This document shows positions 1 to 9,822 of a stretch of DNA of 35,290 nucleotides, one piece after another; the first letter of the stretch is position 1; every line of letters begins with the position of its first letter. Made by a program: the position numbers and the translations under genes. The notes under the pieces were generated by a model. The model was not told where the DNA came from, ran no database searches, and saw only the letters and a program-made list of their open reading frames with translations. Origin of the DNA: Octopus bimaculoides (taxonomy: Eukaryota); contig NC_068982.1 in NCBI RefSeq assembly GCF_001194135.2, positions 180,885,315 to 180,920,604 on the forward strand, written 5' to 3'.

Positions 1-117
1 CAATGGTCGGCCCGACGAGGTTATAAGAAAAGGCACTTACCGAATGTGCCGCATAGGGTGACAACCAGAGCCATGTGGTTAGGAATTAAACTTACTACAG
101 ATCCACGTCTGCGCCTT
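1..117 (-). mobile_element. SINE family B (tRNA-derived, CORE-like), decayed 5' part cut by the window edge
   Basis: The reverse complement AGGCGCAGACGTGG...AACCACATGGCTCTGG...GGCACATTCGGTAAGTGCC...CGGGCCGACC is colinear with the better copy at 33533-33706. Confidence 0.7.
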
Positions 118-245
118 TCTCTCTTTCTCGCTCTTTCTCTCGTTCCCTCCCCCCTCTCTCTCTCGCTCTTTCTCTCGTTCCCTCTCTCCCCCCTCTCTCT
201 CTTCATGTATATATATGCGTGTGTGTGTGTGTATGTGCATGTATG
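118..245. repeat. (CT)n followed by (TA)/(TG)n microsatellite
   Basis: Read directly from the sequence. Confidence 0.95.
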
Positions 246-539
246 AATATGGATATACTATTTATTTTGATAAGCGAATAAACGCTTAAATGCATAGAAG
301 CCTACCTACTTGCACACACGTTTACGTTGTACTTGAAATTATGTTGTATTCCATTTGAAACCGACTCTGTAAGATATTCACTATTCACTTCTAGAACGTC
401 ACTAATCTCAACGTGGGAAAGTATATCAATATGTAAACGATCATTATAAATTCTATGATCCTCACCAACAGCAGGAACTGCGGCATTTTGGTCTTCATTT
501 TGGTCGTCTTCTCCGTCGATGATATAATTTTAGTCTCTA

Positions 540-660
540 ACTTCGTCATTACCAACGCCAATACCATCACTACAACCACCATCGTCACCACCACCAATAC
601 CATCACTACCGCTGCCTCCACCATCGTCTCTAACAACAGCGACAGCAACGTATGCTTCCC
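540..660. repeat. degenerate (ACC/ATC)n trinucleotide tract
   Basis: Runs of ACCACC/ATCACT. They explain the Thr-rich and Val/Met-rich ORFs here. Confidence 0.8.
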
Positions 661-1944
661 CTCCTCTTAATCTGATTCACTAAGTACAGTCACATTGATC
701 CGAGGCGGAAAGGATTATGTTCCCGCTGGATCTACTACAATTATTAACCAAATCACATAGGTACAGGCACATAGATACAGGCGAGATGAGCACGGCTGAT
801 GAAAGCTCTCCCGGCCAGGAGCTAAATCAATGCAGCACATCTGACATTCAGTGTGCCACACCACCTGCAAGGCGACATTGCCACCTTTCTTATCCACACT
901 AATACTACACCACCAATTTCAATACTTCCAACTCAATAACCATCATTACAGACTTTTCTTTCATCTCCTGTCCACACTAACATCTTCACTATCATCATCA
1001 TTGTCGTTACCTTCCCCGCCGTTATGCCTCACTATCACCGTCATTTGCTACACCATCCGCTAACAGCCATCTATTATCATAACAATCATGCTTTTCCTAC
1101 TACACCCATCATCTTCTGACATCAGTACCACAATCACGACCACAAAAGATGCTCTATTTTAACAGTGTAATTTCGTTTAGCTGTGTTTTTTTTATATATT
1201 CGAACTTCAGCTCTATTCCAGCAATTAATGGATCTTTTGAAAATAGATTAAAACGAGAAAAACAAATCTTTATTTTAGTTAAGCTGTTTTCTTTTCCTTA
1301 ATTAATTTCCACAAAAATTTAACATTCTCTCAATAGGATTACACGAACTTAAATATTGTTTTAGAACGATATATTCTATTCTAGAAAAGCTATATTCACC
1401 GCTTTACATTACTGCGTCTCTGCATTAATATGAATGATGTATTTAAATGATTAGGGAGCTGTAATACTACGCTTGATATTTGAGGATATAACCCGTTTTC
1501 TTTTTTCGTAATTACCGAAATTAGAAACTTAATGAAACAGAGGATTATGTAAAGAAACATTGGATCCGTTGTATATTTCATATGGGATTACTGGGATATT
1601 TCATTATTTCATGTTCCATGTATATATCAGTAATTAAACTTCACTCTGCAGATTTACAAAACAATCATAATTTTATTTTCTTGATCTGCACCGCTTACAA
1701 ATTGATCATAGCACTGTTGTTTAGTATATTTCAGACTTGATCGAGGGAACGTTTTATCAAAGTAATGTCCGCCATGTCATGCTAGTATTTTCTTTTCCAA
1801 ACGTTGTATTGATACTACATTCCCCAATAAGTCATTTCCACGAGATGATTTAGCAGGTAACCCTAGGTGGATTCTTCGCATATAGCACCTCTTCATATGG
1901 CACATAAGGTTCCGTATACCTAAATATGTTAATTATGGTGTTTA

Positions 1945-3990
1945 CATATTCTGTTATTCTTTTATTCTGATAGTCGTTTCAGTCGTACGAGTGTAAACAT
2001 GCTAGAGTACCGCCTCAATTAATTTTCCTTCTGTTGCTTCATGGCTGAAATAATTGAACTGGTAGCAGCTGATCTTCCCAGAGCGTATCCCTGAATAGTT
2101 GGCTGGTCTCATATCGTCGTTAGTTTATTCATTTCTTTTTTTTTATGTTTCAGTAGAGTTTTCTATTCTATTTCTGATTTCTTTAAGTAAGCAATGGAAC
2201 AGATTAAAACCTCTAAATATCAGATTCGTATAATAGAGTAATTTTTCTGGTGATTTCGAAGGCGGTATATTTGGAAGGTGACAGAATCTACCATTTTGTG
2301 CATTAAAATTCTCTCTAATGTCGAAATCTGGAACAGTACCCTCAGGATTTTCCACGCGTTTATGATAGCATATATGTCTCTTCAGCGTCCAAAGGAGTGG
2401 AGAAGCAGAGCTTCCAGACGTTTCCAGCAATTTAGGCTTTTAACCGCAGTTATTTTACTGGTAATAGTTCTCTGTAACCTTTCAATCTCTTTTATGAATT
2501 TGGAGTCTAAACATATGAGCAGGAATCTAATCTGCTCAGAATGCTCAGAACTAAAATTTTCAATAAAGTGAGCATAACTACCGGTTCTCTTGCCAAGAAT
2601 GTTGTAGGATCCTTCCTATGAGATGTCTGTATTTAGAGGCCAGTTTAGTGATGTGGCTGATGTAGGATGCATCATTTGGCATGATTACTCCCAAGTCCTG
2701 TATGTCATTAGCACTCTTCGTCATCGAATTATCTGGTGTTCTGTGTGTACCCCATCCGTAATACGGAGCCTGCAATTTTGATGAACTAAACTTCATATAG
2801 TCATCTCTACCCATTGATAAATGAGGTTTGGCTCATTTTGGTGCGTGTCGGGAAATTCAGGTTCATGAGCAGTGAAACATGTTTGATATTATTTGTGTGT
2901 ATTGCCCTCTTTGAACCATGCAGATATAATTGTATAATGATATTGTCAGAAATAGCTGTTCAAACGATTGAACATTGTGAATAGAGTCTGCTTCTGTGGT
3001 AAAGACTAGGTCGAGTATATTATTTCCCCTAATTGGTGAAATAATGACTTGTATCATGAGGGAGTTTTCGAAAAAAGCATTTAGATCTCTTCAGTTTAGT
3101 TGTTTAGCTCCAGGTTTGATATAGCCCTCAGGCCAGCTGGGATTAACGTAATGAAATTCGTCTGTTAAAAGTATATTGGATTATGATTATGAGAGACACG
3201 GTATCGCTGAAATGATCCCCGTGGTTAGCCGCATCAGGAGAGTAGTAGGCAATAGCTATGATGAAACTGAGGTCTATCACGCATTTTTAGTGCATCGTAT
3301 GCTATGTTGGAGTACGAGATGAGGACATTGATTGCAATAAGTTTGGGGTCAGGGGTGTTTTAGTTAGTGCTACACATATTGTCTTTTCTCTGTGTGCAAG
3401 GACCCTGGGGTATGACATTTTTGTTCGATTTGTGTGAGTAACTTTGTAATTCAATATTATTGAGTTTGTGAGTTAATGATAGCAATATTGTGCATTTGTG
3501 TATAAGGATAACAGCAGTAGTTGGTGCTGTGTGGGAGATAAAAGGTTTCTTTTGATTTATTATGCCAAATTCATCATGGGTAAAAAATACGTTTCTTGTT
3601 TTGGAGGGGGCTGCTGTCAGGAATTCTTATGTTTTGACTACTGGATATCGCTATGGTTATCTGGTTTGTTGCTGTTGGTTTTACTCCGCGGATATCTGTG
3701 AGTTTATGGGAAAGACTAGACCAGTACTGCCGCTCTAACGGACTTAGTGGTGTCTTGGAGTCATGTGCTTCGTATTGCGTCCAGTCCATGGAAAATGAAT
3801 GAAGGGACAGTCAGGCTTAAGGCATAATCTCTCGCTTGGGGAATAGTGGCAGATTTTATGATTCCATGCTCGATGTGTCAACGCTATTAAATTTGATTTA
3901 TTATTTGATAGTTGTGATGGTGGTGGAGTAAGATGTGTGCTTTGGCGTTGGCTTTTGTTGCTTGTACAAATTATCCGTGTCTATGTAATA
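1945..3990 (-). mobile_element. CR1-like LINE, decayed and internally deleted (ORF1 remnant, AP endonuclease, RT C-terminus, 3' tail)
   Basis: Minus-strand translation gives the endonuclease end SPIRGNNILDLVFT...SDNIII, the post-RT region IYQWVE/MKFSSSKLQ/DLGVIM...SHI, then LSRLDSCS...LQRTIT...CWKRLE...NAWKIL-EGTVPDF...FRGFNLF, and a 3' tail ending in AGAATAA repeats. It has many stops and frameshifts. Confidence 0.9.
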
Positions 3991-4193
3991 GATATTTTTA
4001 ATTCTCCACTACGAGCCAATGGAATAGAGATGTATTAGCCAATGCTGTATCATTGACAGCGGATAACTTTTGACATTTTAGTTTGTACGACTATACAGCT
4101 TGATAAACTTCTCAAGAAACAAAGGCCTTCCAAAGTCTCCAAGAACAGAATTCGGGATTCGAGTCATGTAGACGATCTTGGATAACATTTCAG

Positions 4194-4280
4194 TCATTGT
4201 AAAGTACACTATCAGGGAAATAGGGCACAAATATATGCGCAATATCATGGATGCTAGGGACATGTATAATCGACAAAATT
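4194..4280 (+). CDS. candidate 87-nt phase 1-1 exon (IVKYTIREIGHKYMRNIMDARDMYNRQN), unassigned
   Basis: Acceptor ACATTTCAG, donor AATT/GTAAGT, open frame. I recognise no homology, so it may be a pseudo-exon. Confidence 0.2.
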
Positions 4281-5075
4281 GTAAGTATTCTTTGAATAGA
4301 ACTTATTGTGTGTTGGAATCATAAATTGGAAACCTCGACTGTATCGTAGTATGAACTAATGTTGCTATAGCTAAATAGTGTAATACACTGTGCCTCTCAA
4401 CTGTCCTTTCCTTTCCTTACCTGTAATATCCTGTTTCAAACAACTACATCTTCGCCGTATTTGTAATCATATTTCGACACAAAGAAAGACATCAATGTTA
4501 ATGTTTCGCATATAATATAGCATTATTCAACACACATATTTATGTACGTTTTCTCTTGAAATATCTCTTATTGTTGAGGACACTCTACTTTTCGTTGGTT
4601 CACAAAACTTGATATTAATTAAATAACAAACTATGGGCCGCCAGGAAGCGATATGAAGTACATGTCATATTTATTTCAGTCGAAATATTTCAGCTACATT
4701 TGCACGTATTGAAATATCGAAATAATTTAAACATCTGGGTAATTTAACACCTTGAATATGTATGATGTTTCAAGTTTATGTATAATTTAAACAATTGCTT
4801 TACGTCAATTACTCATTATAAATATCAAATCTCATTGTTTGCTGGCGGTTTTCAACGTGCAAAATATTAAAAGGGAAATTTCTGTGATAAAAGCCAGAAA
4901 TTTTGTTTTCAATTCATATGTGTGAAATTCTATACTATTTTCTGCAATGCTTTCATAAACTATACTAGCAGTAACGTTAAAAGAGGTTCCACTATGCATC
5001 ATGAGACGGCTATTTATTTGTTCTCTCATGGAAACTGATTTAATACGAAATAGCTTTCATTTCTAAAATTCTTAG

Positions 5076-5099
5076 GTTCAGAAGAATGCACCCCCACAT
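5076..5099 (+). CDS. candidate 24-nt microexon (SEECTPT in phase 1, VQKNAPPH in phase 0)
   Basis: Acceptor TTTCATTTCTAAAATTCTTAG, donor AT/GTAAGA, length a multiple of 3. Confidence 0.22.
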
Positions 5100-6630
5100 G
5101 TAAGAAAACGCACTAAATGTTGCATTCACATATATCAATCTATAAGTAATATATATTGAAAACGGGAACTACGCTACACACAAAGACATGCAAGCATAGG
5201 TACCCAATCGGTTACAACTTTACATGAGATAGCTATTAATGCCCCAGCAATTAATTGATTGTCTCTAAGTCTAATGAATGTGGGTTGGTTACAGAATTGA
5301 TGATTTGAAGTCTTAAAATTTAGTTTCTACTGATGATTCGGTGGCGTATCACTTTAATGCAAAGCATATTCCTGTGAACGTATGAGCTAGCGTGTATGCG
5401 TGTGTATGTGTGTGAATGCGTACCTGTGTGTGTGTGTATGCGTACATGCATGTGTGTATGTGTGTGCATCTTCGCCAGCGTGTGTGAACTTTGGAAATTT
5501 TATTGAAGATATCAGTCGTCAATGTGCTATGCGAATACACTGCTATGCATTCAGCTTCGAATTACGTGCTAAGAGTAAGGTCAGAATGACATGGCATCTT
5601 TATTTCTGCAACCTTTTAATTGGAAGTTGAATTATCTTAATCTCATAAACTAATGAGATTCTTATGTCATGCCATTAAAACAGAAACGCCTCCTTAAATA
5701 TCTGAATATTATGATTAATTTCGCACGTGATGTAAGACTTCTTTTATTAGACCATACTTTATATCATAGATAAAATATTGATCAATGGGGAATTTACGTT
5801 TCACATGAAGTTTTTAAATTGAAACTGGCGGTGATGCTGAAAATGAGAGGTTATAAGGATATGTTGAGGGTATAAAAGTGCCGTTTCATTACACCGTCTA
5901 TATTAATTAGAAGGAATGTATTAGAGTTGGGAATAGAATGTAAAGGGTAAAACTTAGTTCGCGTAGAAAGGTTACATGTATTTCGCTATCATTAAATTTT
6001 TATTTCTTTCATGAGAGGAAATCGCTGTTAAAATATCCTAGTAGGACACTATATTATGAATTTAGTGAAAAGATCCGGATGGTTTTTCAGATGGTAATCA
6101 GATTAATATAATATAGCTTTATTTAACGAGTACTACTGATTCAAACATAAGGTTGGCGAAATCGTAAATCGCAAATAATTTAAGCAATTCAATTTCCTTC
6201 ATGCTACTAGTATGGCTGAAAGACATGAATAAAACGATTTCCATTTCACTGTATAAAATATTTCGGATCTTTGTATTCTTTCTGTCTGTCAAATCGAATC
6301 GATTAAGCAAGATTCTCTGAATACTGTAGAGTCGGGGATAAGCTTTTATTGTATCATATTAAACGTGCATACATCCACACAGTTTGGTTTCTCATCAAAA
6401 TAGAACCCCACAGAGTCTCACATCTTAAGTGACATTTAACTGGCAAGTACTAAAATTTGAGATCATGTTTTGGAGGAATTAAATCAATGGAAAGGTTATA
6501 GGATCGTCAGACACACTCCAAATATATTTGTAGTATAATAGAGTGTAGAACATACTTCATATTTTAATGGCATCAATAGTAATCTTATCGATAATTTTAG
6601 GTGTGTATGTATATATATATATATATATAT

Positions 6631-6839
6631 NNNNNNNNNNNNNNNNNNNNNNNNNNNNNNNNNNNNNNNNNNNNNNNNNNNNNNNNNNNNNNNNNNNNNN
6701 NNNNNNNNNNNNNNNNNNNNNNNNNNNNNNNNNNNNNNNNNNNNNNNNNNNNNNNNNNNNNNNNNNNNNNNNNNNNNNNNNNNNNNNNNNNNNNNNNNNN
6801 NNNNNNNNNNNNNNNNNNNNNNNNNNNNNNNNNNNNNNN
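6631..6839. other. assembly gap (209 N) flanked by (AT)n
   Basis: N run. Confidence 1.
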
Positions 6840-6844
6840 TATAT

Positions 6845-7040
6845 ATATTCTTTTATTCTAATATTTGCTTCAGTCATTTGACTGGGGCCATGCTGCAGCA
6901 GCGCCTGTGGTTGAGCAAACCAACCCCAGGACTTATCCTTTGTAAATCTAGTACTTATTCTATCGGTCCATCTTCTGACGAACCGCTAAGTTACCGAGAC
7001 GTAAAGACACCAGCATCGGTTGTCAAGCGATTGTGGAGAA
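6845..7040 (-). mobile_element. SINE family B, 3' half
   Basis: Plus strand reads TTCAGTCATTTGACTGGGGCCATGCTG...TAGTACTTATTCTATCGG...CCGCTAAGTTAC...ACCAGCATCGGTTGTCAAGCGAT, followed by (CA)n. I recognise this as the 3' body of the common octopod SINE. Confidence 0.8.
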
Positions 7041-7419
7041 CGCGCGCGCGCGCGCACACACACACACACAAAAAACACATACACATACACACACACCAGA
7101 CAAAAATACATACACGCACACACATATATGCTCTTCTAGATATATGCACCTAGCTCCCACGCCACCAACTTTCTGCGCAGCTACGCAGTCCAAGGAATTT
7201 CCCTTTTCTTGAGAAAGTGATGTTGCCGAATCGTCGATATAAGTTCTGATAACACGATGGGCTCCGCCTTTACCAATAGCAGCCCTTTTTCTAGTAGTCT
7301 TTCTGTGTTTCTCCATTCGGTAATTTAACCAATGAATGAGACAGATTTTTGTTAGAAACCTGCAAAACTTCAAGTCTCGGGGAGCCAAATCAATCTGTTT
7401 TAAATAGTAATAATAATGA

Positions 7420-7625
7420 TACTTGTTTCTACTATAGGTATAAGGCCTGAAATTTTGGAACAAGTCAATTACGTCGACCCTAGTGTTTCACGGGACGTAA
7501 TTTATCTATCCCGAAAGATGAAAGCAAAGTCCACCTGGGCAGAATTTTAACCTATAACGTATAAACGGATGAAATGTCACTAAGCATTTTGCCCGGCATG
7601 CTATTGATTCTGCCACTTCACCGCC

Positions 7626-7629
<4 letters not shown>
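7420..7629 (-). mobile_element. SINE family A (tail type 1) inserted in a (TAA)n tract
   Basis: Colinear with the copies at 18793, 21731, 24684, 28719 and 29927. TAA repeats lie on both sides. Confidence 0.85.
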
Positions 7630-7710
<81 letters not shown>

Positions 7711-7718
7711 TAATAATC

Positions 7719-7789
<71 letters not shown>

Positions 7790-7822
7790 AATAATAATAA
7801 TATATAAATGCTGCTGCTGCTG

Positions 7823-7891
<69 letters not shown>

Positions 7892-7910
7892 ATACTACTA
7901 CCACTACTAT
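7627..7910. repeat. compound microsatellite (AAT)n-(GAT)n-(AAT)n-(GCT)n-(ACT)n
   Basis: Read directly from the sequence. Confidence 0.98.
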
Positions 7911-8030
7911 CATAAATTGATTCAATAATCAAGGCAGCAATTGGCAACGTCGGCAGAAGGCTGCCCAAAGACAACTACAACAACTACAACAACATCCACA
8001 ACACAAGAAGTACCTGTGTCCTTTATCACC

Positions 8031-8390
8031 TTGATTAGCGTACGGGAATGCGTCAACAGACAAAGAAGAAACATGGCAGAATATTTGGTAAACAGTAAAG
8101 GAGACCTGCTACAGGCTGCTGCTCGTGCAGAAGGCGTTAATAAAAATGGACTTCAGAGTGCTTATGAATTCCGAACAAAAACAGCCAACGAGACAGAAGA
8201 AACCCTAATCTGTATGGAATTACATGGTCAGTTCCACCGTGAGACCAACAATTGAAAAGGCAAGGAAGCATCATGGAGGTGGTGCAACAAGGCTGACCTA
8301 AAAAATAATACTGAAAGCCTAATCATCGCGGCCCAGGATCAGGCATTGGATACCAGCTCGGTGAAAAATAATATAAGCCACCAAAACGGG
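8031..8390 (+). mobile_element. R4/Dong-clade non-LTR retrotransposon fragment (post-RT region)
   Basis: LISVRECV...LLQAAA...ELHGQFHRE...SWRWC...LKNNTESLIIAAQDQAL matches the LHGQF and ETEGLIIAAQDQAL motifs that precede the zinc knuckle and RLE of this clade. Confidence 0.85.
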
Positions 8391-8409
8391 AAGCAGCTTT
8401 AAGGTTACT

Positions 8410-9260
8410 CGTGAAAAACTCCTAAAACCACGGGTGATCTGACCAACAAGTTTATCACAAACGGGCAGTGCCCCTCGTAGCACTGCCAAGTCAGGGATTT
8501 CTTGAAGTTATCCATAGGCCTCAGCAGGAAAGTCCTCCGGAACAGAGCAGTAAGTTGTCCTCGTCAACGCCCAGAGCTTCCCCGAGAATGTCATCACACT
8601 CTTCTTCCGCTAACCCTCTAAATAACGCTAGACTGGCAGATCGCTGTGATCGCTGCGCCTAATCCAAGATTGCAGCTCAGTCAAAGAATCTAGCTGTGGG
8701 AGAGAGAGTCTAACAGACGGCGACCACAGCCGCTCACCGTCAAGGAAACGCTGGAGATGTCACAGCCTGAGAGCATGTCTGAGAATTAGCAGTCACGGCA
8801 TGCCCGGACCCCCATTCAGCGGCTGTTGACAACAGATGGAGCGTCTGATCAGCGGCGCGCGTCTCCTTCACAGAAATTGAAAGATTTAGGAATGCTTCTT
8901 CGCCCTTCTAATGGCATAAACGGCTACCAAACTAAAGGCACAACCTTCGCTGTCATTCCCGTCCGAGCCATGAAGATTGCGCTTTCTTCGAGACCTAAAG
9001 ATTTTCGGAATAGTACTGCTACCCTACCACCCGCTCCCTACAGTCAACAAGGTGAGAACATTTCATAGTCATCAAAAATGGCCACTAGTACTTGCTCATT
9101 TGGAATTCATGTCCTGATAATTTCAGCCACATCTCAATGCAGAAACCTGAGATCATTGAGCAAGTGACCTTACTTCAAAGCTGACTACAAGCCACGTAGA
9201 TTCACGCACTTTACTCTGAAAACAGCGATATTTATCGGAGAAACAAACAGGGGAGAAGTC
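8410..9260. other. GC-elevated block of unresolved origin, probably TE-derived
   Basis: Visibly higher GC and CpG than the flanks, with short Ser/Pro-rich ORFs on plus. I found no confidently assignable motif. Confidence 0.3.
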
Positions 9261-9339
9261 ACTTAATTGGGGTTTTGAGTATGGGAGAAATGGACTATAT
9301 TGCAGCTATAGTGCTTATGTTTTACCCGCCTCGAAACAT

Positions 9340-9480
9340 TGCTGTCGTTGTCGTTCTTCTTGTTCTTGTAGTTCGTAGTGGTCGTGGCTGTGGTAGCAAT
9401 TTTGATGGTGGTCGTGATTGTAGTGTTGCCCTTGGTGGTGATGGTGGGGGTGGTGTCGTTATTGGTGACAGCGGTGGTCA
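9340..9480. repeat. degenerate (GTG/GTT)n tract
   Basis: Read directly from the sequence. Confidence 0.8.
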
Positions 9481-9732
9481 TCTCTTCGTTTTGGGTTCTT
9501 GCTCCCATTCCAGTAGCATAGCCAAAATTGAACGTGATCACCCTCGCTCTTCGTCGTCCCATAACACTCTTCCATCTCTCTCCCAATGTCTCATTGACAA
9601 TTCAACTGGATCGCTATCGAATATTTCTATTAATGATATTCAGTGAAAATTCAATGTGTTTTTCCACGTGAAAAATAGATTTTGTTAAGTCCCATAAGGA
9701 ATAGGGAGACTTTAAATACAAAAAGAACTCAC

Positions 9733-9822
9733 CAGTAGAGGAAATGCATAAATATTTCAGCTGATCACTCTCTATGCCAGCAAACCAAGCGGCAGTAGAG
9801 ATCTCGAGGAGATGTCCAGATA
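9733..9822 (-). CDS. candidate 90-nt phase 1-1 exon, (V)SGHLLEISTAAWFAGIESDQLKYLCISST(G), LRR-like
   Basis: Acceptor TTTCATTCCTTCTTCAATCACAG, donor ACTG/GTGAGT. Only one of the three frames is open. Confidence 0.35.

Noticed and set aside
310-366. 57-nt minus-strand phase 1-1 exon-like segment (also 9174-9215, 17169-17213 and 17461-17506)
   Set aside because: Splice signals are plausible, but such pseudo-exons are frequent, the peptides are uninformative and the phases do not build a coherent gene.
4832-5029. 65-aa minus ORF with a hydrophobic end, considered as a Cys-loop or chemotactile receptor exon
   Set aside because: There is an in-frame stop just upstream, no usable splice sites and no diagnostic motif.
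6557-6881. ORFs spanning the first N run (likewise 14364-14960)
   Set aside because: They are artefacts of assembly gaps.
7140-7410. Part of a 146-aa minus ORF, considered as an RTE endonuclease start
   Set aside because: There is only a vague resemblance, and the ORF's ends lie in a SINE and a microsatellite.
7574-7974. Poly-Asn/Asp, poly-Ile/Met/Tyr and poly-Ser ORFs
   Set aside because: They are trinucleotide microsatellite translations starting inside a SINE.
9480-9650. WERD/LLEW peptides resembling TIR boxes (also IVSQGFLDKCF near 29050-29080)
   Set aside because: The spacing is incompatible with a TIR domain, there are stops, and the match is a few residues only.
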